DNA of 64,000 bases, taken from the NCBI GenBank assembly GCA_018657385.1, contig JABHXF010000048.1, forward strand, positions 3,681 through 67,680, read 5' to 3'. The translations under genes were made by a program, and so were the position numbers. Below, in pieces: positions 39,654 to 50,355 of this stretch. This DNA is from Candidatus Woesearchaeota archaeon. Its GTDB lineage: Archaea > Nanobdellota > Nanobdellia > Woesearchaeales > DSVV01. The notes under the pieces are model-generated. The model saw only the letters and a program-made list of their open reading frames with translations. It had not been told where the DNA came from and did not search any database. The stretch's first letter is position 1. Every line of letters starts with the position of its first letter.

Positions 39654-39800
39654 TTATCCTAACATAAGTACATTTAATACATCACCTGCTTTTGGAATAA
39701 TCAACCAAGCTAATAAAGAAGCAATTGCTAATAAAACAATAACTTTCCAAATAAGATCAAAAGATTTACTTATCATAAATGCTTTTTTGCTTTTTCTCAT
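39654..39800 (-). CDS. 48-aa pilin-like peptide, first gene of the cluster, not in ORF track
   Basis: GAGG upstream; MRKSKKA|FMISKSFDLIWKVIVLLAIASLLAWLIIPKAGDVLNVLMLG*. Confidence 0.65.
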   Translation of the reverse strand: MRKSKKAFMISKSFDLIWKVIVLLAIASLLAWLIIPKAGDVLNVLMLG

Positions 39801-39922
39801 TAATATGCCTCTTTTTTGTATTAATATAAATATCTATTAAATATGTAATTATTCCTATATATTTAACATATATATTTTGTTATTTAAAAAGATTTATAAA
39901 TATACCTCTTGTTTTTAGGTAT

Positions 39923-41263
39923 ATGATAGAAATATGCTCAATTGGTGGTTATGACGAAATAGGGAAGAATATGACTGCCATTAAGATAGATAATCAAGTG
40001 GTTATCATAGATATGGGGTTATATCTGCCAAGTTACATAGAAATTACAGAAGATGAGGATATTAAACAAGTTCCAGTTAAAAGATTAGTTGAAGTTGGTG
40101 CAATACCAGATGATAGTGTTATTTCAGATTGGAAAAAAGATGTTTGTGCCATAATTCCAACACATGCACATCTTGATCATTTAGGTGCATTGCCATTTAT
40201 TTCTAACAAATATGATGCAGATATTTTATGTACACCATATACTAGAGAATTAATCTTAACAATTTGCAGGGATGAAAGATTAAAATTAAATAATAAAATT
40301 AAACCATTATCTTCAAACTCAAAATATAAAATTAATTTAGAAGATGGTTCTGAAGGAATTGAAATTGAATTTATACATACCACTCATTCAACACCCCAGG
40401 CAGTTATGGTTGCAATTCATTCAAAATATGGGACTGTATTATATTGTAATGATTTTAAGTTTGATAGTTTTCCAGTGCTTGGAAAAAAACCTAATTTTAA
40501 ACGATTAAAAGAATTAGGAGAAAAAGGTTGTGTTAAAGTATTAATTAGTGATTCAACAGGAGCTGAAAATGCAAGCAAAACACCTTCAGAAAGTGTTGCA
40601 AGACAAATGTTAAAAGATTTATTATTAGGTATAAATGCTGAGGACAAAGCTATTTTAGTTACAACCTTTTCATCACATATTGCAAGATTAAAATCTATTA
40701 TTGATTATGCTAAACGTATAGATAGAAAAGTATTAATGTTAGGAAGGAGTTTAGCTAAATATGTTCATGCAGCAGAAAATGTTAACTTAGTAGACTTTTC
40801 TAAAGATGTAAAAATTGTTAAATATAGTAATAAAGTTCAAAATGCACTGAAATTAATTGAGAAAAACAAACATAAATATTTAATTATTGCAACTGGTCAT
40901 CAAGGTGAATCAAAAGCAGTATTGAGTAAAATTGCAAGAGGGGATTTCAAATTTAAATTAGAGAAAGATGATTCTGTGATTTTTTCATGTAGTGTTATTC
41001 CTAATAAAATTAATATTGAAGCAAGAGATGTATTAGAAAAAGAATTAAAAAAGAGGCAAGTTAGGATTTTTAAAGATATTCATGTAAGTGGTCATGCATC
41101 AAGAGAAGATTTGAGGGATTTAATTAATATGGTTAAACCAAATATTATTATTCCTGCACATTGTGAACCAGATATGAAAGAAGCAATGAAAGAATTAGCA
41201 GAAGAATGCGATGTGCCTAAGGTATTATTGATGGGTGATGGGGAACGGTTTAAAGTTGAATAG
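39923..41263 (+). CDS. rnj: Ribonuclease J (beta-CASP)
   Basis: GGYDEIGKNMT, THAHLDHLGA, DFKFD, TTFSSHIAR, HVSGHASREDL. Confidence 0.92.
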   Translation: MIEICSIGGYDEIGKNMTAIKIDNQVVIIDMGLYLPSYIEITEDEDIKQVPVKRLVEVGAIPDDSVISDWKKDVCAIIPTHAHLDHLGALPFISNKYDADILCTPYTRELILTICRDERLKLNNKIKPLSSNSKYKINLEDGSEGIEIEFIHTTHSTPQAVMVAIHSKYGTVLYCNDFKFDSFPVLGKKPNFKRLKELGEKGCVKVLISDSTGAENASKTPSESVARQMLKDLLLGINAEDKAILVTTFSSHIARLKSIIDYAKRIDRKVLMLGRSLAKYVHAAENVNLVDFSKDVKIVKYSNKVQNALKLIEKNKHKYLIIATGHQGESKAVLSKIARGDFKFKLEKDDSVIFSCSVIPNKINIEARDVLEKELKKRQVRIFKDIHVSGHASREDLRDLINMVKPNIIIPAHCEPDMKEAMKELAEECDVPKVLLMGDGERFKVE

Positions 41264-41268
41264 TTAAG

Positions 41269-41394
41269 GTTGTGAGTTCTGAGTAAGTAGTTATGAGTTG
41301 GTTGTCAGTTAATTAGTTATTAGTGAACTCAGTAACCACATAACTCCTTACTGATAACCAACTCATGACCCAAAACTCATTACTCATTACAATT
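41269..41394. repeat. Degenerate heptamer-like repeats arranged as a long inverted repeat (hairpin) downstream of rnj
   Basis: GTTATGAGTTGGTTGTCAGT (41290-41309) pairs with ACTGATAACCAACTCATGAC (41350-41369); flanking TGAGT/ACTCA units. Confidence 0.65.
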
Positions 41395-41543
41395 TTAAAA
41401 TATATATTATTATGTGTATGTTCTAGTATATTATTATATAAATAAAACTAAATCTTTAAATATCGGTGGGTATTCTCAGGATATATAATAATAATATATG
41501 TATTGTAACATAATAATTTGACACCTAAAGGGGGTAATGAAAA

Positions 41544-42287
41544 ATGAAATTAACACTAGCAGAGCCAAAATATCTAAAAGAGAGTATTTCTATCATATCA
41601 GAATTAGTTAACGAAGCAAGATTTAAGATTACTAAAAATGCAATTGAATTAGTAGCAATGGATCCAGCAAATGTAGCAATGGTTGTATTTAAACTATTAT
41701 CTAGTATATTTGTAGAATATGATGTACAAGAAGACACAGAATTAGCTATTAACTTAAGTAATCTTAAGCAAGTGCTTAGGAGAATTAAGCCAAATGATAT
41801 GTTAAGTCTAGAATTAGCAGAAAACAAACTAAAAATTATTTTAGATGGAACATCAAAAAGAACTTTTTCCCTACCTATTATTGAATTAGAAGAAAAAGAA
41901 CAAAAAGTTCCAGAACTAAGTTTTCCAATTGTTATTTCTGCTCCATCTTCAATGTTAAGTGACGCTGTTGAAGACGTGGATATTATTGGAGAAAGTGTTA
42001 GTCTTATGGTTGAAAATAATAAATTAGTTATTTCAGCAGAAAGTGATTTGAGTGAAGCAAACATTGCAATTAGTGAAAGTGATGATGTTAAAATAATTAA
42101 TGAATCTGGTGACAAAGTAAAAGCAAAGTATAGTATTGAATATTTGAAAAAGATGATTAGTTGTGCTAAACTTGTTCCAGATGTTAAAATTAACTTTAAC
42201 AAAGATTATCCACTAAGATTAGACTATAGGGCTGTAGATAAAATTATGCTTAGTTTTATTTTAGCTCCAAGAGTAGAGAATGATTAA
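41544..42287 (+). CDS. pcn: PCNA sliding clamp
   Basis: AMDPANVAMV, YSIEYLKKM, DYPL, FILAPRVE. Confidence 0.96.
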   Translation: MKLTLAEPKYLKESISIISELVNEARFKITKNAIELVAMDPANVAMVVFKLLSSIFVEYDVQEDTELAINLSNLKQVLRRIKPNDMLSLELAENKLKIILDGTSKRTFSLPIIELEEKEQKVPELSFPIVISAPSSMLSDAVEDVDIIGESVSLMVENNKLVISAESDLSEANIAISESDDVKIINESGDKVKAKYSIEYLKKMISCAKLVPDVKINFNKDYPLRLDYRAVDKIMLSFILAPRVEND

Positions 42288-42318
42288 TTAGTTTTAATTT
42301 ATTTTTTATTTTTCTTAT

Positions 42319-42825
42319 TTAATTTATTTTTTTATTTAATACAACACCCTTATTAAATAAATATTTATTAATATCTTTATCTAATATCCACGATGTTAAC
42401 ATACGAGTTTCAAATTCATCATTTGTATGGATTGTTTCATGAACATCAACTTCATATGCTCTTTCACTACCTGGAATTAATCTAGAATTTCTAAAAATAT
42501 TTGGAGAGCCAATTGCTGTATATCCTAATAAATAATCCGGCATAGATTCAATGTGTAAATGTTTTGCAGGAAAGAATCTACTCATATCTAATAAATCCAT
42601 TAGTTTAAGATCTTCATATCCAGTTAAAGGAACATTATATGATTCTGTTTTAATATATTCATCATTATTTACTTTTTTATAGTATAAATTTAGCTTTATT
42701 TCTCTGTCTTTAATTATTTGCTCAGCTATTATTGTTTCAATATTCTCTAGCTTTTTATCTAATTTAATTATGGTTGTCTCATTTTGATCATATTTTACAG
42801 CTCCACCATAGTTAGCACTATCCAT
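42319..42825 (-). CDS. Hypothetical protein with HExxH motif (possible minimal zincin)
   Basis: LLGYT…VDVHETIHTNDEFETR. Confidence 0.55.
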   Translation of the reverse strand: MDSANYGGAVKYDQNETTIIKLDKKLENIETIIAEQIIKDREIKLNLYYKKVNNDEYIKTESYNVPLTGYEDLKLMDLLDMSRFFPAKHLHIESMPDYLLGYTAIGSPNIFRNSRLIPGSERAYEVDVHETIHTNDEFETRMLTSWILDKDINKYLFNKGVVLNKKIN

Positions 42826-42924
42826 TATTCTCTTATTATACTTATGGGATTATTAATTATCATGTGGTTTTTGTCTCATTTATATATAATAAAATATATA
42901 AACCTAGTAAATAGTTATAGATAT

Positions 42925-44343
42925 ATGGGATTTAATAGGAAAAGTATTGCTATAACAAAGAAATTCTTCTTAAGATTAGTTAGGATTATGGAATCTAATA
43001 GTAATTATGCAGATGTTTTGTTAATTAAGGACTCTTCATTAAATATATCTAGGGATAATACTGAAATTAATATTGATAATGATAATGATTTTGGAGTTAA
43101 ATTAAGATTGTTTGATGGAGAATTTTTTCATGTTTTTGGTACAACAGGAATTGATAAGCAAGTTCTAACACAAAAAGCAAAGGAATTTGCAAAAATAAAA
43201 AATAAAAATAAAATTAAATTAGACATAGATAAGAGAAAACTTAACAAAGATTTCAAAACAATGATTAATATTGATCCATCTAAGATTACTATCAAAACAA
43301 AAGTAGATTTTGTTAATAATTTACAAAAAAAATTAGTTAATGCTGATAAAAAGATTATTAATGCAAGAGTTTTGTATGATGAGGCACACGAGTTTAAGAT
43401 TTTTGTTAATAAATACAAACAATTATCTCAAGAAATTAAAACTTGCTTTTTAATGATGTTACCATTTGTTAAATCTAAAGATGGTATAAGATATTATTAT
43501 AAAAGCTTATTAAATTCTGGATATGAAGTAACTAAAATTAAAAAATCCTTATTTGATAATATTATTGATAAAACATTGAAGATTTCTAAGGCTAAAAAAT
43601 TAAAACCAGGAAGATATACTTCTATACTCAGTCCAGAATTATCAGGACTATTAGCACATGAAAGTTTTGGTCATGGGATGGAATCAGATACATTATACAA
43701 AGATAGGGCACAAGCATTTGAATTTTTAGGAAAAAGAATTGCATCTAAACAAGTGTCAATTATTGATAATCCAGCATTGACAGGAAAAAATGGTAGTTTT
43801 TGGTTTGATGATGAAGGTTTTATGGCAGGAAAAACATATTTGATAAAAAATGGAATTGTTTCACAACCAATAACAGACATGTATTCCACTACTAGATTAA
43901 ATAATGAAATGTTGTGTAATAAAAATTATAAAATAAAAAGAAGTGGTAATGCAAGAGCAGAAAGCTATGATCATAAAAATTATGCTAGGATGAGTAATAC
44001 TTATTTTGCCCCAGGTAAAAGTGATGTTAGAGCGATGATTAAAAAAATTAAGAATGGCTTATATTTACATTATTCTTCAGGTGGGATGGAAGATCCTAAG
44101 GGATGGCATGTACAAATTCAAGGTGTTGTCGCAGAAGAAATTAAAAACGGGAAATTAACTGGTAAAATGTTTTATGAAGCAGGTATGACTGGTTATCTTC
44201 CAAAAATATTAGCAAATATTGTTGCTGTAGGTAATAAATTATTAGTTCCTGGAACTGGAAGATGTGGTAAAGGACATAAAGAATGGGTAAGAGTTTCAGA
44301 AGGTGGTCCTCATTTATTGATTAAAGATGTTGAACTAGCTTAA
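42925..44343 (+). CDS. tldD: TldD metalloprotease
   Basis: LLAHESFGHGME, FDDEG, GNARA, RMSNTY, CGKG; start uncertain (42925 or 42988). Confidence 0.9.
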   Translation: MGFNRKSIAITKKFFLRLVRIMESNSNYADVLLIKDSSLNISRDNTEINIDNDNDFGVKLRLFDGEFFHVFGTTGIDKQVLTQKAKEFAKIKNKNKIKLDIDKRKLNKDFKTMINIDPSKITIKTKVDFVNNLQKKLVNADKKIINARVLYDEAHEFKIFVNKYKQLSQEIKTCFLMMLPFVKSKDGIRYYYKSLLNSGYEVTKIKKSLFDNIIDKTLKISKAKKLKPGRYTSILSPELSGLLAHESFGHGMESDTLYKDRAQAFEFLGKRIASKQVSIIDNPALTGKNGSFWFDDEGFMAGKTYLIKNGIVSQPITDMYSTTRLNNEMLCNKNYKIKRSGNARAESYDHKNYARMSNTYFAPGKSDVRAMIKKIKNGLYLHYSSGGMEDPKGWHVQIQGVVAEEIKNGKLTGKMFYEAGMTGYLPKILANIVAVGNKLLVPGTGRCGKGHKEWVRVSEGGPHLLIKDVELA

Positions 44344-44358
44344 TCCAAAATATGAAAA

Positions 44359-45684
44359 ATGGTAAAAATAAATAAAATAATTAGTTTGTTAAAAAAAAGG
44401 AAACTAGATGGTTGGAAAATTAGTTTAGCTGAGATTAAAAGAACAAACTTATATTATACAAAATACTTAGAAAAAGAATCTGAACTAAATGCTTTTAGAA
44501 CAAATGTTGATATCACAATCTACAAACATTTAGGAAAAGAGATTGGAGAAAGTAGTTTTTCTATTTTAGATGAGAATGAAATTGATAAAAAAATTAATGA
44601 TGCATTAGTATTATGTGATTATTCAACAAAACCAAAATTTAGTCTGCCAGTCAAGAATAAATTATCAAGAGTTTCACTTGTAGATAAAAAGCTAATTAAT
44701 CCAATTAAACACTTGGAAGATATTCATAAAACTATAAAATACGAATTAACTAAAAATGAAAATAAAAATATTAAACCAAATAATCTTGAGTTACATTCAA
44801 GTTATTTAAAATCTAGGATTGTAAATAGTAATGGTGTTGATTTTAAAGAGGAAAAAACTGCACTATATGTTGAGTTAACATTAACTGCATCCGGTGTTTT
44901 AAATTCTGGAAAAGAACAAGAGCATGTTGCAATGAAAGAAGTTTCTTCTTTATCTAAGTTTAATGCAAATAAATTTGTTCAAGAAAATGTTAGTTTAGTT
45001 AAAGATGTTTTAAATTCATCTCTAATAAAAACATTCAAAGGTAATGTTATGTTGTCAGGGGAAGCAAGTAGTGAGTTTTTCGCTCCTCATTTGGGTTTAA
45101 ATCCTTTAGTTATGCATGCATCTGCAAAAATAAAACATATGAACTTATCTAAATATAACCTTAACAAGAAAATAGCTAAATTTAATGGTGATAAATTAAC
45201 TATTTTATCTAATCCATTATTAAAACTAAATCCCTCTTCATCTTTATTTGATGGTGATGGGGTTGTTTCCAAAAAAATAAAACTAATTGATAATGGTGTG
45301 TTTAATAATTATTTTTCTAATAAACAATATGCAGATTATTTAAAAATTAAAGCAACAGGTGCTCTTGGTAGTATAGAAGTAAGTAAAGGTAAAAAATTAG
45401 CTAAAGCATTTTATGTATCTGGGCTAGAAATTGTATCATTTTCTAGTTTTTCTCCAAATAGTATTTCTGGAGATTTTTCAGCTGAGATTAGGTTAGGTTA
45501 TGTTGTTAAAAAAGATAAATCAGGAAAAATAACAAAAAAACCATTTAAAGGTGGAATGTTTACAGGAAATATATTTGATTTAATTGAAGAGATGTATTTA
45601 TCCAAGGAGATAAAAGAAACAAATGGTTACAAAGGTCCTAAGCTAGTAATGTTTAAAAATGCCATTGTTTCAGGTATGGAATAA
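44359..45684 (+). CDS. pmbA: TldE/PmbA family protein
   Basis: IVNSNG, FDGDG, SGDFSAEI, GNIFDL; adjacent to tldD, lacks HExxxH. Confidence 0.85.
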   Translation: MVKINKIISLLKKRKLDGWKISLAEIKRTNLYYTKYLEKESELNAFRTNVDITIYKHLGKEIGESSFSILDENEIDKKINDALVLCDYSTKPKFSLPVKNKLSRVSLVDKKLINPIKHLEDIHKTIKYELTKNENKNIKPNNLELHSSYLKSRIVNSNGVDFKEEKTALYVELTLTASGVLNSGKEQEHVAMKEVSSLSKFNANKFVQENVSLVKDVLNSSLIKTFKGNVMLSGEASSEFFAPHLGLNPLVMHASAKIKHMNLSKYNLNKKIAKFNGDKLTILSNPLLKLNPSSSLFDGDGVVSKKIKLIDNGVFNNYFSNKQYADYLKIKATGALGSIEVSKGKKLAKAFYVSGLEIVSFSSFSPNSISGDFSAEIRLGYVVKKDKSGKITKKPFKGGMFTGNIFDLIEEMYLSKEIKETNGYKGPKLVMFKNAIVSGME

Positions 45685-45767
45685 AAACAAATTCATGAAA
45701 AAATATTGACAAAACAAAAATAAAATAAAAACAAATAAGTGGATTCAGAAAAAAGGATGAAAACAAA

Positions 45768-46508
45768 ATGAGATTATTATTATATAATGTGTGCTATTGT
45801 ATGGGTGTTGGTGATGGTTACAAAGATTATGTTATATGTAATAAAAATATTGCTCTTGATCCAAAGGCACTGAATAAAATTGCTAATTTTATTAAAAAAC
45901 AATCACCACATGTAGTTGGGCTTGTTGAAGTTGATACCGGGTCAATAAGATCACAACGTATAGATCAAGCAGAATATATTAAAGAAAAGCTTAAGTTTAA
46001 CTCAATTGCAAGCTTTTGTAAGTATGGTAAAAAATCAAGAATAAGTAAATTACCTTATTTTAGGCATTTAGCAAATTCAATTTTATCAAAAAGTGAATTT
46101 ACAAAAGTAACAGAACATGATTTTAAAACTGGAAAGAAAAAATTAGTTATTGAAGTTGAGGTAGATAATAAACTTGCTATATATCTTGTACATTTATCTT
46201 TAGGAAAAAAAGCAAGAACTAATCAAATTAAAGAGCTAGCTAAGATAGTTTCAAAAAATAATAAACCTAAAATCGTATTGGGTGATTTTAATACATTTAA
46301 GGGAGATGACGAGTTAGTTAATTTTATGAAAAAAACAAATATGGGTCTTGTAAAACATGATTTAGAAACTTTTCCATCATGGAAACCAAATAGATGTTTA
46401 GATCACATATTGCACTCAGAAAGTATTAAAATTAATAAAACATCAGCACCCAAGGTTAAGTTTTCAGATCATTTGCCAATTATAGTTGATTTTAGTGTTA
46501 AGAAATAA
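45768..46508 (+). CDS. Endonuclease/exonuclease/phosphatase (EEP) family protein
   Basis: YNV, GLVEVD, HLSL, LGDFN, TFPS…LDHI, SDHLP. Confidence 0.9.
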   Translation: MRLLLYNVCYCMGVGDGYKDYVICNKNIALDPKALNKIANFIKKQSPHVVGLVEVDTGSIRSQRIDQAEYIKEKLKFNSIASFCKYGKKSRISKLPYFRHLANSILSKSEFTKVTEHDFKTGKKKLVIEVEVDNKLAIYLVHLSLGKKARTNQIKELAKIVSKNNKPKIVLGDFNTFKGDDELVNFMKKTNMGLVKHDLETFPSWKPNRCLDHILHSESIKINKTSAPKVKFSDHLPIIVDFSVKK

Positions 46509-46521
46509 ATAATAAGAAAAA

Positions 46522-47379
46522 ATGAAATACACATTAATTATAAATCCTAAATCAGGAAAAGGAAAAATTAAAGAAACTCTTAAAACAATTAGGAGAAAAT
46601 TAAGATATTATGAGCTGGAAATAAAAATCACTGAAAAACAAGGGGATGCTGTTATATTTGCAAGGAAAGCAAGAACTGATGTTGTTATTGCAGCTGGTGG
46701 CGATGGAACAATAAACGAAGTAATAAATGGATTAATGCAAAAAAGGTTTTCAAAACCAAGGCTGGGTGTATTACCACTAGGCACCTCTAATATGGTTGCT
46801 AGATCCTTGGGCATTCCAAAGAATCTAAAAAAGGCAATTGATGTTATATTGTATAATAGAAGGAAAGATTTTGATGTTGGTAAAGTTAATGATAGGTATT
46901 TTGCAATTGCTTGTGGTATTGGTATAGATGCACATGCATACAAGAATGTTGAGCCAAAAATAAAAAAAATGTTTGGTGAGATTGCATATCCAATTTCTTT
47001 TTTTAAGACTGTTTTTAATTATAATGCTGAATTATTGACTGTAAAAGCTAATGGTAAAATTTACAATGGTTATTATGTGTTGGTATGTAATATTGCAAAA
47101 TTTAAGAATTTATTGCAGATTGTTCCAGATTCAAGAGATGATGATGGTTTATTTGATGTCATAATTTTAAAAAAGAGAAACTTTCCTGATTTGTTAAGAT
47201 ATGTTTTTGGACTAGCAACAAAACAAGTACATAAATTTAAAGATGTGGATTCAATAAAAACAAAAAAGTTAGAAGTTATATCTTCAAATGGTGTTATTGC
47301 ACATGCTGATGCTGAAATTATTGGAACCACACCTATAAAATTAAAAATTTATGAAAAAGAATTAGAAATTATTTGTTGA
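46522..47379 (+). CDS. Diacylglycerol/lipid kinase family (YegS/DgkB-like)
   Basis: INPKSG, GGDGTINEVING, LPLGTSN, GIGIDA, DDGLFDV. Confidence 0.9.
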   Translation: MKYTLIINPKSGKGKIKETLKTIRRKLRYYELEIKITEKQGDAVIFARKARTDVVIAAGGDGTINEVINGLMQKRFSKPRLGVLPLGTSNMVARSLGIPKNLKKAIDVILYNRRKDFDVGKVNDRYFAIACGIGIDAHAYKNVEPKIKKMFGEIAYPISFFKTVFNYNAELLTVKANGKIYNGYYVLVCNIAKFKNLLQIVPDSRDDDGLFDVIILKKRNFPDLLRYVFGLATKQVHKFKDVDSIKTKKLEVISSNGVIAHADAEIIGTTPIKLKIYEKELEIIC

Positions 47380-47442
47380 TTTTTTATTAATTTATCTTCT
47401 ATAATCTTTGTTGTTTTAAATTACTCTTATAAAATTAAAGAA

Positions 47443-47568
47443 TTATTTTTTAAGCTTTTTTTCTTTAGTATATTTTTCATGTACGGGGTGGTCAGAATCT
47501 TCATTAACTTCTATATGGTCTTCAAAATCTTTCTTAATTTTCTTTTTTAATTTTTCAATTTCATCCAT
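47443..47568 (-). CDS. Possible 41-aa charged protein downstream of gyrA
   Basis: ATG 9 nt after gyrA stop; MDEIEKLKKKIKKDFEDHIEVNEDSDHPVHEKYTKEKKLKK*. Confidence 0.35.
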   Translation of the reverse strand: MDEIEKLKKKIKKDFEDHIEVNEDSDHPVHEKYTKEKKLKK

Positions 47569-47577
47569 TTTATCAAT

Positions 47578-50160
47578 CTATTGCTGCTTTTCTTCCTCTA
47601 CAACTTCTTCAACAGCTTTATCTTCACCAATGATTTTTGCAGCACTAACTGTTTTATCTCCAGCACCTAATCTCATTAATCTAACTCCTTGTGTGTTTCT
47701 ACCAATTGTTGAAATTAAATTACATCTTGTTCTAATGATAATGCCTTTCTGGCTAATTAACATAATTTCATCATCACTTGTAACACTTCTTGTACTTATG
47801 ACTTTACCATTTCTTTCACTACATATAATATTAATTACTCCTGATCCTCCTCTATTAATTAATCTATAATCAGAAATTAATGTTCTTTTACCATAACCAT
47901 TTTCAGTAATTGTAAGCAAAGTTTTAGCATCATTAGCAATAACAGCTCCAATTACTGTATCATCACCTTTTAATCTTATTCCTATTACTCCTTTAGATGC
48001 TCTACCCATTGGTCTTACATCTTTTTCATTAAATTTAACTGCTTGGCCGTTTCTAGAAGCAATCATTACTTGTTTGTTTCCATCTGTCATTAAAACATTA
48101 ACTAGCTCATCATCTTTTTCAAGATTAATTGCTCTTATGCCACCTTGTCTTGGTCTTGAAAATGCTGCTAAGTTTGTTTTTTTAATAATTCCTTTTTTGG
48201 TTGCCATAACTAAAAAATGTGTACTATCAAACTTTTTAACCGGCATAAATGCAGTTACTTTATTATCTTTACCAATATCAACTAAGTTAATAACTGCTTT
48301 ACCTTTTGCTTGTCTTGAGCCTTCTGGAATTCTAAATACTTTAACCCAATGAACTTGGCCCTTGTCGGTGAATAATAATAAATAATCATGTGTGTTTGCA
48401 ATAAATAGTTCTTCAACAAAGTCTTCTTCTTTAGTTGTGGCAGCGATTATTCCTCTGCCTCCCCTTCCTTGAGATTTGTAAATAGATACTGGTATTCTTT
48501 TAATATAACCTGCATGACTAATAGTAACTACCATGTCTTCTTCTTCAATTAAATCTTCTATTTCAAAATCTTCTTCTTCAACATCATTAATATCTGTTCT
48601 TCTTTCATCTTTATATTTTTCACTTACTTCTACAAGTTCATTTTTAATAATATCTTTAATTCTTTCTTCATTAGCAAGAATGTCTTTTAAATCTTTAATT
48701 TTTTCCATTAATTCAATTAATTCTTGCATAATTTTTTCAGTTTCTAATGATGTTAATTTTTGTAATCTCATTTCTAAGATTGCTTGTGCTTGAATATCTG
48801 TTAGTTTAAATGTAGTGGTTAATTCAGTTTTTGCTACTGCTACATTGTCTGCTCCCTTTATTATTTTTATAGCCTGATCAATATTTTCTAAAGCTATTTT
48901 GAGGCCTTCTAAAATATGTGCTTTTTCCTCTGCTTTTTTTAATTCAAATTGTGTTCTTCTAATAACAACATTTTTTCTATGTGCAACAAAATTTTCTAGG
49001 ACTTCTTTTAAATTTAAAACTCTAGGTTCATTGTCTACTAATGCTAACATGTTAATACCAAATGTTGTTTGTAATCTTGAATGTTTATGGAGTTGATTTA
49101 GAACTATCTCATTGTTTGCATCTCTTTTTAATTCAATAACAACTCTCATTCCTCTTTTATCACTTTCATCCCTCATATCACTAATTCCTTCAACAATTTT
49201 GTTTTTAACTAAATTTGCCATTTGTTCAATTAACATTGATTTATTAACCATATATGGGATTTCATCTATAATGATACGTTCTCTTTCTTTGTGTTTTTCT
49301 ACATGTGATTTTGCTCTGACAATTACTTTTCCTCTTCCTGTTCCATATGCATAACTTATTCCCTGTCTTCCACAAATAGTTCCACCAGTTGGAAAATCCG
49401 GACCTTTGACAATTTCCATTAGTTCCTTGATTGAAGTTTCAGGATTATCAACTAATTTAATTGAAGCATCACATACTTCTTGCATATTGTGTGGCGGGAT
49501 ATTAGTTGCCATACCAACAGCAATTCCAGAACTCCCATTAATAAGTAAATTTGGTACTTTACATGGCAAGACAGTTGGTTCTTTTAAGCTGCCATCAAAA
49601 TTATCAGTAAAATTAACTGTTTCTTTATCAATGTCTTGTAATATTTCAGATGATATTTTTTTAAGACGTGCTTCTGTATATCTCATAGCTGCTGCTCTAT
49701 CCCCATCAATACTTCCCCAGTTACCATGCCCATCAATTAATGGATATCTTAATGAAAAACTTTGAGCCATTCTTACCATTGAATCATAAACAGCTTGGTC
49801 ACCATGTGGGTGATATTTACCTAAACATTCACCAACAATTCTAGCTGATTTTTTGAATGGTTTATTATATAACATTCCCATGTCATTCATTGCAAACAGA
49901 ATTCTTCTATGTACTGGTTTTAAACCATCTCTAACATCAGGCAATGCCCTACCAACAATAACACTCATTGCATAGTCTATATATGACTCCTTCATTTCAT
50001 CTTCAATAACTATTGGAATTACTCCTTTTTCATGAACTGGTTCTTCTTGATTTTCATTAGGATTTTGAGGGTTATTTTCTTGGTTTTCAGAACTATTTTT
50101 AGTAATTTCTGTGTTTTCTTCAATGTTATTTTTCTCGTCGGTATTATTAGGGTCTTCCAT
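47578..50160 (-). CDS. gyrA: DNA gyrase subunit A
   Basis: [33 protein letters not shown], GyrA-box QGRGGRG, beta-pinwheel repeats. Confidence 0.97.
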   Translation of the reverse strand: MEDPNNTDEKNNIEENTEITKNSSENQENNPQNPNENQEEPVHEKGVIPIVIEDEMKESYIDYAMSVIVGRALPDVRDGLKPVHRRILFAMNDMGMLYNKPFKKSARIVGECLGKYHPHGDQAVYDSMVRMAQSFSLRYPLIDGHGNWGSIDGDRAAAMRYTEARLKKISSEILQDIDKETVNFTDNFDGSLKEPTVLPCKVPNLLINGSSGIAVGMATNIPPHNMQEVCDASIKLVDNPETSIKELMEIVKGPDFPTGGTICGRQGISYAYGTGRGKVIVRAKSHVEKHKERERIIIDEIPYMVNKSMLIEQMANLVKNKIVEGISDMRDESDKRGMRVVIELKRDANNEIVLNQLHKHSRLQTTFGINMLALVDNEPRVLNLKEVLENFVAHRKNVVIRRTQFELKKAEEKAHILEGLKIALENIDQAIKIIKGADNVAVAKTELTTTFKLTDIQAQAILEMRLQKLTSLETEKIMQELIELMEKIKDLKDILANEERIKDIIKNELVEVSEKYKDERRTDINDVEEEDFEIEDLIEEEDMVVTISHAGYIKRIPVSIYKSQGRGGRGIIAATTKEEDFVEELFIANTHDYLLLFTDKGQVHWVKVFRIPEGSRQAKGKAVINLVDIGKDNKVTAFMPVKKFDSTHFLVMATKKGIIKKTNLAAFSRPRQGGIRAINLEKDDELVNVLMTDGNKQVMIASRNGQAVKFNEKDVRPMGRASKGVIGIRLKGDDTVIGAVIANDAKTLLTITENGYGKRTLISDYRLINRGGSGVINIICSERNGKVISTRSVTSDDEIMLISQKGIIIRTRCNLISTIGRNTQGVRLMRLGAGDKTVSAAKIIGEDKAVEEVVEEEKQQ

Positions 50161-50355
50161 GGCTAAAATGAATGTGTGTTTATTTATATATGTTTCGCTT
50201 AAAACACACTAAAAATCAAGAGAATTTAATGCTAACACAAGTAATCTTTGACCTTAATTGAATGCCCGCAATAAACACACTTTTTCATGCTTGTTTTAGA
50301 AATCTTTTTTAGTGGCATATAGTTCATTTTATTACCACATTTTTTACATTTAACT

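Noticed and set aside
26397-39800. Prophage lysis cassette or bacterial contamination as source of the murein hydrolases
   Set aside because: No phage structural, holin or integrase genes; hydrolases are fused to archaeal-type class III leaders, similar in base composition to flanks, and flanked by archaeal rpa and rnj/pcn
39544-39840. 98-aa plus-strand hydrophobic ORF
   Set aside because: Antisense to the 48-aa and 185-aa pilin-like ORFs, which fit the operon pattern better
41269-41394. CRISPR array
   Set aside because: Repeats are short, degenerate and inverted, with no spacers and no cas genes
42784-42924. Long N-terminal extension of TldD from the ORF track
   Set aside because: Overlaps the divergent gene and TATA-like promoter sequence; a later ATG is more plausible
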